Source of the DNA: Eledone cirrhosa
Taxonomy: Eukaryota
Assembly (NCBI GenBank): GCA_964016885.1
Contig: CAXHJY010000264.1
Coordinates: 1-64,000, forward strand
DNA length: 64,000 nucleotides
Reading direction: 5' to 3'
The notes under the pieces were generated by a model, which was not told where the DNA came from, ran no database searches, and saw only the letters and a list, made by a program, of their open reading frames with translations. Shown here one piece after another: positions 52,101 through 64,000 of this stretch (the stretch's first letter is position 1; each line of letters opens with the position of its first letter). Both the position numbers and the translations under genes were made by a program.

Positions 52101-55100
52101 ATGACAATGATATATCAGAAGATATGACAATAATATATCAGAAGATATGACAATAATACATTAGAAGATATGACAATGATATATCAGACGATATGACAAT
52201 AATATATCAGAAAATATGATGTTATATCAGAAGATATGACAATGATATATCTGACGACATGACAATGATATATCAGAAGATATGACAATGATATATCAGA
52301 AGATATGACAATAATATATCAGAAGATATGATAATAATATATCAGAAGATATGACAATAATATATCAGAAGATATGACAATGATATATCAGACGATATGA
52401 CAATAATATATCACAAGATATGACAATAATATATCAGAAGATATGACAATGATATATCAGACGATATGACAATAATATATCAGAAGATATGACAATGATA
52501 TATCAGAAGAATAACAATGATATATCAGAAGATATAACAATAATATATCAGAAGATATGACAATAATATATCAGAAGATATGACAATGATATATCAGAAG
52601 ATATGATAATGATATATCAGAAGATATGACAATGATATATCAGAAGATATGACAAAAATATATATGAAGATATGATAATAATATATCAGAAGATATGACA
52701 ATAATATCTCAGAAGATATGACAATAATATATCAGACGATATGACAATAATATATCAGAAGATATGACAATGATATATTAGAAGATATGACAATAACATA
52801 TCAGACGATATGACAATGATATATCTGACGATATGACAATAATATATCAGAAAATATGATAATAATATCTCCGACGATATGACAATAATATATCAGAAGA
52901 TATGACAATAATATATCAGAAGATATGACAATAATATATCAGAAGATATGATAATGATATATCAGAGGATATGACAATGATATATCAGAAGATATGACAA
53001 AAATATATATGAAGATATGATAATAATATATCAGAAGATATGACAATGATATATTAGAAGGTATGACAATAACATATCAGACGATATGACAATAATATAT
53101 CAGAAGATATGACAATGATATATTAGAAGGTATGACAATAACATATCAGACGATATGACAATAATATATCAGAAGATATGACAATGATATATCGGACGAT
53201 ATGACAATAATATATCAGAAGATATGACAATAATATATCAGAAGATATGACAATGATATATCAGAAGATATGACAATAATATATCAGACGATATGACAAT
53301 AATATATCAGACGATATGACAATAATATATCAGAAGATATGACAATGATATATCAGAAATATGACAATAATATATCAGAAGATATGACAATAATATATCA
53401 GAAGATATGACAATAATATATCAGAAGATATGACAATAATATATCAGAAGATATGACAATGATATATCAGAAGATATGATAATGATATATCAGAGGATAT
53501 GACAATGATATATCAGAAGATATGACAAAAATATATATGAAGATATGATAATAATATATCAGAAGATATGACAATAATATCTCAGAAGATATGACAATAA
53601 TATATCAGACGATATGACAATAATATATCAGAAGATATGACAATGATATATTAGAAGGTATGACAATAACATATCAGACGATATGACAATGATATATCAG
53701 AAGATATGACAATGATATATCAGAAGCTATGACAATAATATATCAGAAGATATGACAATGATATATCAGAAGATATGACAATAATATATCAGAAGATATG
53801 ACAATGATATATCTGACGATATGACAATAATATATCAGAAAATATGATAATAATATCTCCGACGATATGACAATAATATATCAGAAGATATGACAATAAT
53901 ATATCAGAAAATATGATGTTATATCAGAAGATATGACAATGATATATCTGACGATATGACAATAATATATCAGAAGATATGACACTGATATATCGGAAGA
54001 TATGACAATGATATATCAGAAGATATGATAATAATATATCGGACGATATGACAATGATATATCAGAAGATATGATAATATATCAGAAAATATGATAATGA
54101 TATATCAGAAGATATGACAATAATATATCAGAAGATATGAAAATAATATATCAGACGATATGACAATAATATATCAGAAGATATGACAATAATATATCAG
54201 AAGATATGACAATGATATATCAGACGATATGACAATAATATATCAGAAGATATGACAATAATATATCAGAAGATATGACAATGATATATCTGACGATATG
54301 ACAATAATATATCAGAAGATATGACAATGATATATCAGAAGATATGACAACAATATATCAGAAGATATGACAATAATATATCAGAAGATATGACAATGAT
54401 ATATCAGAAGATATGACAATGATATATCAGAAGATATGATAATGATATATCAGAAGATATGATAATGATATATCAGAAGATATGACAACGATATGTCAGA
54501 AGATATGACGAAAATATATATGAAGATATAATATATCAGACGATATGACAATAATATATCAGAAGATATGACAATAACATATCAGACGATATGACAATGA
54601 TATATCAGAAGATATGATGATAATATATCAGACGATATGACAATAATATATCAGAAAATATGATAATGATATATCAGAAGATATGACAATGATATATCAG
54701 AAGATATGACAATAATATATCAGAAGATATGACAATAATATATCAGAAGATATGACAATAATATATCAGAAGATATGACAATAATATATGAGAAGATATG
54801 ACAATAATATATCAGAAGATATGACAATAATATATCAGAAGATATGACAATGATATATCAGAAGATATGAAAATGATATATTAGACAATATGACAATAAT
54901 ATATCAGTAGATATGACAATAATATATCAGAAGATATGACAATAATATATCAGAAGATATGACAATAATATATCAGAAGATATGATAATAATATATCAGA
55001 AGATATGACAATAATATATCAGAAGATATGACAATGATATATCTGAAGTTATGACAATGATATATCAGACGATATGATAATGTTATATCAGAAGATATGA

Positions 55101-56791
55101 CAATAATATATCTGACGATATGACAATAATATATCAGGAGATATGACAATGATATATCAGAAAATATGATGTTATATCAGAAGATATGACGATGATATAT
55201 CTGACGATATGACAATAATATATCAGAAGATATGACAATGATATATCAGAAGATATAACAATAACATATCAGAAGATATGATAATGTTATATCAGAAGAT
55301 ATGACAATAATATATCAGACGATATGACAATAATATATCAGAAGATATGACAATAATATATCAGAAGATATGACAATGATATATCAGACGATATGACAAT
55401 AATATATCAGAAGATATGACAATAATATATCAGAATATATGACAATAATATATCAGACGATATGACAATAATATATCAGAAGATATGACAATGATATATC
55501 AGAAGATATGACAATAATATGTCAGACGATATGACAATAATATATCAGAAGATATGACAATAATATATCAGAAGATATGACAATGATATATCGGACGATA
55601 TGACAATAATATATCAGAAGATATGACAATAATATATCAGAAGATATGACAATGATATATCAGAAGATATGACAATAATATATCAGACGATATGACAATA
55701 ATATATCAGACGATATGACAATAATATATCAGAAGATATGACAATAATATATCAGAAGATATGACAATGATATATCAGAAGATATGACAATAATATATCA
55801 GAAGATATGACAATAATATATCAGAAGATATGACAATAATATATCAGAAGATATGACAATAATATATCAGAAGATATGATAATAATATATCAGAAGATAT
55901 GACAATGATATATCAGAAGATATGACAATAATATATCAGAAGATATGTCAATAATATATCAGAAGATATGACAATGATATATCGGAAGATATGACAATGA
56001 TATATCAGAAGATATGACAATAATATATCAGAAGATATGACAATAATATATCAGAAGATATGATAATAATATATCAGAAGATATGACAATAATATATCAG
56101 AAGATATGATAATAATATATCAGAAGATATGACAATGATATATCAGAAGATATGACAATAATATATCAGAAGATATGTCAATAATATATCAGAAGATATG
56201 ACAATGATATATCGGAAGATATGACAATGATATATCAGAAGATATGACAATAATATATCAGAAGATATGACAATAATATATCAGAAGATATGATAATAAT
56301 ATATCAGAAGATATGACAATAATATATCAGAAGATATGACAATGATATATCTGAAGATATGACAATGATATATCAGACGATATGATAACGTTATATCAGA
56401 AGATATGACAATAATATATCTGACGATATGACAATAATATATCAGAAGATATGACAATGATATATCAGACGATATGACAATAATATATCAGAAGATATGA
56501 CAATGATATATCAGACAATATGACATTAATATATCAGAAGATATGACAATAATATATCAGAAGATATGATAATAATATATCAGAAGATATGATAATAATA
56601 TATCAGACGATATGACAATAATATATCAGAAGATATGACAATAATATATCAGAAGATATGACAATAATATATCAGACGATATGACAATAATATATCAGAC
56701 GATATGACAATAATATATCAGAAGATATGACAATAATATATCAGACGATATGACAATGATATATCAGAAGATATGATAATAATATGACAAT
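19122..56791. repeat. Satellite array, 23-bp monomer TCAGAAGATATGACAAT(A/G)ATATA, ~1,640 copies, 37.7 kb
   Basis: Period 23 (TCAGA at 19146 and 19169), single orientation, no foreign insertion seen. Recurrent variants (GAC/GAA, ATCGCAAG, GATACTAT, AACATAGACG) mark higher-order blocks. Confidence 0.99.
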
Positions 56792-57186
56792 TTTAACAAT
56801 AGATTACATCTGGTAAAGATATTAGAATGATATGTAATATATATATAGATAGATAGATATAAAATATGTATAAATTGTCTCTGGCAATGATGTAATAAAC
56901 TAAATTTTCATTTTTATATGTGCTAATTAATGCTCATGTCAAATTTGATTTAAAAGCTACATTAAAATTCCAAATTACTTTCGCCTAAAGGACTTTCAAT
57001 AAGTTTTTAAATTTTAATGAAAAATAAAAATTTAAAAAAATTGTATTTATTTCCTTTTCAATTTAAAAAAAAAAAAAAATAAATATTTATATAATTGTAA
57101 AATATAAATTATACATTATCTGAAGATCAATATAAATGCAGGGTGAAACTAATAGTTGTATAAAGACAGAATAACTGTCAATAATA

Positions 57187-57406
57187 ATAATTGTTTCTAC
57201 TATAGCCACAAGGCCAGAAATTTGGAGGAGGCGAAAGTCAATTAAATCGACCCCAGTACATTACTGGGGCTTTATTTTATCAACCCTGTAAGGATGACAG
57301 GCAAAGCTAACCTCAGCAGGATTTGAACACAGAACATAAAGAGCCATAACTCTGTGCTACAAAGTATGGTGTTTGATGCTCTACCGTTTCTGGCAATCCA
57401 CCGCCC
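57187..57406 (-). mobile_element. tRNA-derived SINE (Nin/Deu-type), longer variant, flanked by (AAT)n
   Basis: Minus strand: GGCGGTGGATTGCCAGAAACGGTAGAGC, GTTCAAATCC, GCCTGTCATCCTTACAGGGTTGATAAAATAAAG, tail TAGAAACAATTATT. Confidence 0.88.
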
Positions 57407-57439
57407 GCAATAATAATAATAGTAATAATAATAATGAAA

Positions 57440-57878
57440 ATAATAATAATAATAATTTCTTTATTAGCCACACAGGGTTCACAGGATCACTCATCTAAAA
57501 ATCCCACAAAAATCAGTCACCCTGTCCACTAGGGCAAAGTGCCCTCTACCAGTCTTTCTACTCCAATCTACAGACATATGCTGAAGGCAGGCCCATTCAC
57601 ACAGACCATGCTTGCCACTCTCACCCACCTTTCAACAAACTGGAAGGAAGACAACACTTTCCTCTCTATCCAAATTTTCCTCTTCAAGTGAAATCAGAAA
57701 AATTTAATCAGGGCTTCGCCAAAGAGGAAATTGGCTGTCTTCAACCTCTTCAAACACGTCCACCACACAACTTCTTTCGCCTTGGCCACCAGGCAGATAA
57801 AAACTGACTATCCTTCCCTTCTAAGGGAGGTCGGCGGAGCAATCTTCACAATGGACTCAGTTGGTAGTCAGATCCATC
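57440..57878 (-). mobile_element. 3' fragment of a Tx1/L1-clade LINE
   Basis: Hand translation: ESIVKIAPP...VFICLVAKAKEVVWWT...LIKFF*FHLKRKIWIERKVLSSFQFVERWVRVASMVCVNG..ICL*. A short UTR follows, ending AATAAAGAA(ATT)n. Confidence 0.65.
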
Positions 57879-58135
57879 ATGTTGGTGACAACAAAAAAGC
57901 ACACAGTCCACCATGTCAGGTGGTCATGTTGGTGACACAACAAAAAGTACCCAAAGCAACCATTAAGATGGTTGTGCTGGTGACACGATGAAGAAGCACC
58001 CAGTCCAACCTATAAGTTGGTTATTTTGGTGCTATGATATAAAACACCCAGTCCACACTAGCATTACGAAGGACATCCAGCTGTAGAAACCAAACCAGAA
58101 ACAGTTCTCTATAAGCAAGACATGGTCACCTGCTA
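57878..58135 (+). mobile_element. RTE-related module: ~4 diverged ~47-bp units followed by the GAAGG(G/A)CATCC stem-loop
   Basis: (G/T)TGGTGACAC...AAAAGCACCCAGTCCA is reiterated at ~57878, 57926, 57974 and 58022, then CGAAGGACATCCAGCTGTAGAAACC. Confidence 0.7.
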
Positions 58136-58212
58136 ACATATATACATATGCACATATATACATATAAACACACATATATACATATATATATACATATATA
58201 CATACATATATA

Positions 58213-58554
58213 CATTTATTTTCATTTCATTTTCATTTTACGTCCCCTTTTCCCTGCTTGCAAGGGTGGGACGGGAACTGATTCTGTCTTGATTTCTACA
58301 GATGGATGCCCTTCATAACACCAACCTCATTTACAGTGAGTGCTGGGTGCTTTTTTGCCGTGGCAGCTCCACGACCACTTTACAGTGGAATCATAAGGAC
58401 TTGGGTCCCTATCATCTCATTTCTACAGCTGAGTAAACTGGAGCAATGTGAAATAAAGTGTCTTGCTCAAGGAAACAACACATCACCCAGTTTGAGAATT
58501 GAACTCACAACCTTTCGATTGCAAGGCCAATGCTCTAACCACTAAGCTATGTGC
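58213..58554 (-). mobile_element. Composite SINE: tRNA head, CORE-like domain, RTE 5'-UTR-like module and RTE 3' tail
   Basis: Minus strand: TAGCTTAGTGG A-box, GAGTTCAATTC B-box, CCTTGAGCAAGACACTTTATTTCAC, AAAAGCACCCAG..GAAGGGCATCC, and tail CCCGTCCCACCCTTGCAAGCAGGGAAAAGGGGACGTAAAATGA. Confidence 0.8.
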
Positions 58555-58589
58555 ATATATATATACATAAATATTTTTTTTTTTTGTTA

Positions 58590-61500
58590 TGACCATGCTG
58601 TAAAATGGAGGGTAGAGATAGCCCATGAGTCCAGTAAGACATCCTCTCTAGTGCTGGTGGCACGAATAAAAGCACCCAGTCCATGCTGTAATGTGGCACT
58701 GGTGTTAGGAAGGGCATCCAACCAGTGTATCAATGCCAAAACAATTATGAGCACAGCAACAAGTAGATAGGAACAACAAAATATGAAGACGTCCCATCTC
58801 AGAGTTGCAACACTTAATGTTGGCACTCTCAGAGGTAGATCTGCTGAAATAGCGGAGATGCTGGAGAGAAGGTAGGTGAATATGTGCTGCATGCAAGAGG
58901 TGAGATGGAGAGGTGCCTCTGCAAGACTAATCGCAGGCAAACATCTTAGTTATAAGCTTTTCTGGGTAGGTAAGGATGATGGGTTAGGGGGAGTAGGCAT
59001 TTTCCTGGCTGAGAGATGGATCAATAAGACAATAGAAGTAGTTCGAGTTAATAATCGAATAATTAAGCTTAGATTAGTTGTAGGCAGGAGACTACTGACA
59101 ATCATCTCTGCCTATGCTCCCCAAGCAGGCCTAGGCAAAGAAGAGAAAGACTGCTTCTACGAGCAACTTTTACAAACAGCCGCAATGACAGAGGACGGAG
59201 ACATCGTTATGCTAGCAGGGGACTTCAATGGTCATGTTGGACAGTTCCAGGATGGTTACACTGAGGTACATGGTGGGCACGGTTATGGCTCAAGAAATGA
59301 AGGAGTGAGACTTCTTGAATTTTGTGATGCAAGTGCACTAACCATTTGCAACACTAACTTCCAGAAACCTGCCAATCACCTAATAACCTACAAATCAGGC
59401 GAGCACATAAGCCAGATTGACTTCTTACTAGTTAGGCAGCAGGACAGGCAGATGGTGTCAAATACTAAGGCATACCCTGGCGAAGAATGTACCCCACAGC
59501 ATAGGTTAGTCGTTAGTGATATCTCAGTAAGCAAGAGACGGAATGAGACATACAGGAAGGTGTGGAGAAGAAAGGTCTGGAAGCTAAAAGACCTTTCACT
59601 AAATTTAGGAAAGCCCTTCAAGATGTATATGACGAAAAAGAAGACGATTTAGAGACGTATGACATAGATGATAACTGGAATTTCTTACGTGACAACTTAC
59701 TGCAGGCTACTGATGAAACTTGTGGCTGGAGCAGAGCTCCAACCAGACAGAGTGACCTGGTGGTGGAACAGCACAGTAGATAAGGCCATTAGAGACAAAA
59801 GACTAGCATGGAAGGCTTGGAAAAAGGGTGGGAGTAGAGAAGGATATACAGCCGCTAAGAGAGAAACTAGACGTCAGGTGTATTTAGCATGCAGGGAGGC
59901 TGAGAGTAGGAGGTTTGCCAATGTTCTTCGACGGGAAGATCAGAGGTGTGTAGTGTTCCACATTGCAAGGCAGTGTGTCAATGCAAATCAGGATGTTGTT
60001 GGAGATAAATCTGTCTGGAATGATGCCGGTGTACTTAGTGTCACGAATGATCAGAAAAAGGAGGCCTGGAAATGTCATTATGAGAGACTGATGAATGTGG
60101 AGAACGAATGGGAGAGACAGAAGTTACCCTCAGTAGATTCGGCAGAGGGACCAGCTATTGAGATTGACGAATATATGGTCCAAGAGGCAATTAAGGAAAT
60201 GAAAAATGGTAAGGCTGCTGGACCATCGGGGATAGTTGCTGAGATGCTGAAGGCATCAGGGGACGTAGGCACTAAACTGGTTGCACGCATCATCAATCAG
60301 GCTATAAATGGTGGTGTCATACCCAAAGACTGGTGCAGCAGTATCCTCATCAATTGCTACAAAGGTAAAGGAGATGCTCTGGAGAGGAGCAATTATAGGG
60401 GTATAAAACTGATGGATCAGGTTATGAAAGTGGCAGAAAGGATTTTAGCACAACTAATTAGAGAAAGGGTCAAACTAGATGAGATGCAGTTTGGTTTTGT
60501 TCGTGGGAAGAGTACAACAGATGCTCTCTTCTTGGTGAGACAATTACAAGAGAGGTTCTTAGAGAAGAATAGGCCACTATACTTAGCCTTTGTTGACCTA
60601 GAGAAGGCCTTTGATAGGGTACCCCGATCTGTCATCTGGTGGTCCCTAAGGAAACTAGGTATTGAGGAATGGCTTGTGAGGACAGTGCAAACTTTGTACA
60701 GGGGTGCTGTCAGTGAAGTCAGGGTAGGAATGGAGTTTAGTGAGGAATTCCAGATACAAGTAGGAGTACATCAAGGTTTGGTCCTCAGACCGCTCTTGTT
60801 CATTATAGTCCTCCAAGCCATAACAGAGGAGTTTAAGACTGGCTGTCCATGGGAACTTCTCTATGCTGGCGATCTGGTTCTTATAGCAGAATCAGTAGAG
60901 GAGCTAGAGAATAAATTCTGGCTATGGAAACAGCAGTTGGAAGCAAGAGGACTGAGAGTGAACCTAGCTAAGACAAAAGTGTTGATGAGTAGAAAAGAGG
61001 ACAAAACCTTGATTCCGTCAGGGAAATGGCCATGTTCGATGATGATGAACTGGCATAAATTCTATAAAATGCATACAATGCCGATCCTGGGTACACAAGA
61101 GATGTAGTGGGATAGCAGGCAAACTAACAGGTAGGGAGAAATATGTATACAGTAGATGTACAGGGAAATTAGACAGTAGAAGTCGCATTGATAGACACAT
61201 TTTTCAAATGCAGGAGGGCGCTATAGAAGTGGTGGACAGCTTCCGGTACCTAGGAGATCAGATTAGCATGGAAAGGGAGGTGTTCCGAGGCCATAGTATC
61301 TAGAATAAAGACGGGTTGGAAGAAGTTTAGGGAGCTGCTTCCTCTGCTGGCGAAGAAGGGTTTCTCTCTGGGTACAAAAGGCCGGTTATATGATGCCTGT
61401 GTTAGGAGTACGATGCTGCATGGTAGTGAGACTTGGGCAGCAACTGCAGAGGATATGCGATGGCTGACGAGAAATGAGGCAAGCATGCTCCGTTGGATGT

Positions 61501-61834
61501 GCAGTGTAAATGTGCATGAACGACCCAGCATGAATGTGTTGAGAAAGAAACTGTGTCTGAGAGGGATAGAATGTAGTGTACGGGAGAGAAGACTGAGGTG
61601 GTATGGACATGTGATACGCATGGAGGATGACGGATGGGTGAAGAAGTGCCAGGAAATGCCAGTTGAAGGAAGACATGGTAGAAGTAGACCACGAAAAACA
61701 TGGGCGGAGGTGGTGAGAGCAGACCTCAGATTGCTGAAGCTCACGGTGGAGATGATGGAGGACCGTGACGTGGAGAGATGCTGTGCTGAATAAGACCCGT
61801 CCCACCCTTGCAAGCAGGGAAAAGCGGACGTAAA

Positions 61835-61866
<32 letters not shown>
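58590..61866 (+). mobile_element. Near full-length RTE-clade LINE (~3.3 kb) with short 5' UTR, single EN-RT ORF and (GAT)n tail
   Basis: 5' UTR with the GGAAGGGCATCC hairpin, EN and RT motifs in order, stop ending at 61793, a 43-nt tail, then about ten GAT units. Confidence 0.96.
58747..61793 (+). pseudogene. Disrupted RTE ORF: APE-type endonuclease, reverse transcriptase, PHD-like finger and C-terminal domain
   Basis: VATLNVGTL, QEVRW, YAPQ, AGDFNGHVG, QIDFLLV, PQHRLVV; NYRGIKL, QFGFVRGKSTTD, FVDLEKAFDRV, GVHQG, YAGD (YADD mutated); HGSETW, RRLRWYGHV. Stops at 58768 and 58873; frameshifts near 59600-59750 and 61040-61270. Confidence 0.95.
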
Positions 61867-61867
<1 letters not shown>

Positions 61868-61914
61868 CCATTGCGAGACGGGATCGGCGCAGCCAACTGG
61901 CCTGTCCCTCCTCA

Positions 61915-62108
61915 TAACAGAACCATCCAGTTCCACATTGTAAACATGGTTGATGTTAGGAAGGGCATCCTGCTGTAAAATACCCAGCCAAATTTACAGT
62001 CCTTGCCAGAGCAAGGTGCGCTACATGGCCAGATATGCCTCCCGATGTGGACAACCCTGTCTAACCCATGCAAGCATGGAAAAATTGACGTTAAATGGAA
62101 ATGATGAT
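61915..62108 (+). mobile_element. RTE-related 3' module (GGAAGGGCATCC plus RTE tail) just downstream of the LINE
   Basis: CACATTGTAAACATGGTTGATGTTAGGAAGGGCATCC...GTCTAACCCATGCAAGCATGGAAAAATTGACGTTAAATG..ATGATGAT. Confidence 0.8.
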
Positions 62109-62301
62109 AATATATATATATATGTATATGTATATATATGTGTGTGTGTGTCAATGTGTATGTGTATATTAGAAAAGGGAAGTAAGGTTCTATAAAAAAC
62201 AGTGGTGACAGAGTTCTCCAGTCTCTTTCTCAACAAGGAAGGTGAAAAAAACTTACCTCTTAATTTTTAGTTTTTAATTCTTTTTAATTGTACTACTCAA
62301 C

Positions 62302-62954
62302 ATTTGATTAGATGAATTTTACTAATACATCGTAACCAGTAATACTTTATATACGTTATATACATTATAAAACTCTTTTTTAAAATAATTGTCCCTCTTA
62401 TTTTTTCAATGTCATCTTTTAAATAATATCACTTTGACGAATCAAAGAAAGGGAAAAAAAGAAAAACAGACCCTAAAATATATTTTCCGTGCTATTTCCA
62501 ACTTCACCTTTTCTCTCTCACTCACTCTCTCTCTCTCAATATATATATATATATATATTGTTATACTTGGGGAGGGTCATATTTTTGTAATATTGCCAGA
62601 AATAACAGAACACACTCACTGTTTCGTTGGTTTTCGCTTCTGTATCTTTTATATCGCTATAGTTAATTTAACTGGCAATCAATGTTTATTACTGATTGAT
62701 CAGCGGTTAAAAATACGGATATAAATATATATATATATAGTCTGTCAAAGTTATTTTGTCACACATCTGTGACACAGAGGCAAGAATAAATAAATACATT
62801 AATAAAAATGGCGTAGACAATACAATAGAACGGGAGGAAACATAATAGTACCACTGATGATGTCACAGTGAGTGTGTTTTTATTATTATTTCTGGCAATA
62901 TTATAATAATATGACCCTCCCCAAATATAACAATAATATATATCTATATATAAT

Positions 62955-63014
<60 letters not shown>

Positions 63015-63436
63015 GAAGTTGGAAATAGCACGGAAAATATATTTTAGGGTCTGTTTTTCTTTTTTCCCTTTCTTTGATTCGTCAAAGTGACATTATTGAA
63101 AAGATGACATCATTGAAAAGAAGGGCGGTGGATTGGCAGTATCGGTAGAGGGTCGGACGCCATGCTTTCCAGCATAGTTACGTCCCTTTGCGGTCTGAGT
63201 TCAAATCCCACCGAGGTTGACTTTGCCTTTCATCCTTACAGGGTCGATAAAATAAAGTACCAGTAATGTACTGGGTTATTGATGGCCTTGTGCCAAAAGT
63301 AGAAACAATTATTGAAAAGATGACATTATTGAAAAAATAAGAGGGACAATTCTTTTAAAAAAGAGTTTTATAATGTATATAACGTATATAAAGTATTACT
63401 GGTTACGATGTATTAGTAAAATTCATCTAATCAAAT
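62302..63436. repeat. Long inverted repeat (foldback): arms 62302-62622 and 62865-63436, ~240-bp spacer
   Basis: ATTTGATTAGATGAATTTTACTAATACATCGTAACCAG...CACACTCACTGT is the reverse complement of the right arm, which additionally holds a SINE and a longer (GA)n. Confidence 0.95.
63124..63313 (+). mobile_element. Full-length tRNA-derived SINE (Nin/Deu-type) with 28-bp target-site duplication
   Basis: A-box and B-box intact. ATTATTGAAAAGATGACAT(C/T)ATTGAAAA occurs at 63092-63119 and 63308-63335. The SINE is absent from the left arm of the foldback. Confidence 0.93.
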
Positions 63437-64000
63437 ATGGTGTCACATTGCGAGAGATCCAGGTCGGGAATTGTGTTTTGCTCACACAGAACTAATTTTG
63501 GCTGTGTTTCTATGGTGGGATGCCCTTCCTAATGCCAACCACATTTACTGTGTGTACTGGGTACTTTTTGTCATGACACCTACATGACCACTTTACAGTG
63601 TGGACTGGGTGCTTTTTGTTGTGGTTCAAGGATGACCACTTTATGGTATGTGTTGGGGACTTGTGGGTGGGGTGGGGAAGATGCATGGGAATTGGGGAAG
63701 CAAATATGGGGGAGGAGTGATGGATAGGAAGGTGGTGCATACTAGATGTAGGCCACAGATCACGGTCCTGTCTCATCACCATAGAGAGATGTAATTGTGC
63801 AAGGTCAGCTTTTATCACCCCATCCCACGTCTTCCTTGGCTTGCACCTTTTTATACAGCTGTCATCCTTCATACGTATCACAAGTCCATACCAATATAAT
63901 CTCCTCTCCTGCACACTGTATCTGATCCCTCTTATGTCTAGTTTCTCTCTCAGTTCATTTAAGCTTTGCTGTTCATGTATTGCACATCCATCAATGTGTG
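63437..64000 (-). mobile_element. RTE-clade LINE 3' part with composite 3' UTR, tail missing; continues past the window edge
   Basis: QERRLYWYGLVIRMKDDSCIKRCKPRKTWD...DRDLW, then a C-rich linker, ~3 AAAAAG(C/T)ACCCAGT.CACAC units and TTAGGAAGGGCATCC. Homology stops at the foldback edge. Confidence 0.88.

Noticed and set aside
52820-52875. Hammerhead-like CUGACGA...GAAA formed by satellite variants (also ~53812)
   Set aside because: Stem II does not abut GAAA and there is no proper stem III/NUH; this is a chance combination of monomer variants.
19122-56791. CRISPR-like array next to reverse transcriptases
   Set aside because: The monomers are contiguous with no unique spacers, there are no cas genes, and the RTs are eukaryotic RTE LINEs.
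63088-63120. GAAAAGATGACATTAT as the source of the 23-bp satellite monomer
   Set aside because: Short AT-rich similarity with a different period; expected by chance.

Overview
Gene-free, repeat-saturated eukaryotic DNA. The SINE and LINE families suggest a coleoid cephalopod (Octopus-like) genome; this is an inference. Layout: 1-6335 is an interrupted (TA)n tract running off the left edge. 6.3-19.1 kb is a patchwork of decayed retroelements: RTE-clade LINE pieces of two subtypes, tRNA-derived Nin/Deu- and CORE-type SINEs, a Penelope GIY-YIG remnant, a Tc1/mariner transposase fragment, and 38-bp and 44-bp minisatellites. 19122-56791 is a 37.7-kb satellite of a 23-bp monomer with nested higher-order duplications. 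57-64 kb holds more SINEs, a Tx1/L1 3' end, a near full-length but broken RTE LINE (APE endonuclease, RT, PHD-like finger) and a 1.1-kb foldback. No intact host gene, CRISPR array or prokaryotic system is supported; the long Ile/Tyr ORFs are microsatellite artefacts. Most noteworthy: RTE copies whose 3' UTR carries tandem copies of an RTE 5'-UTR module; a non-autonomous bipartite RTE with an HDV-ribozyme-like 5' fold inside (TA)n; a minisatellite born inside an RTE ORF; and a SINE sharing a 42/43-nt tail with the adjacent LINE. Family names come from recalled motifs, not database searches.
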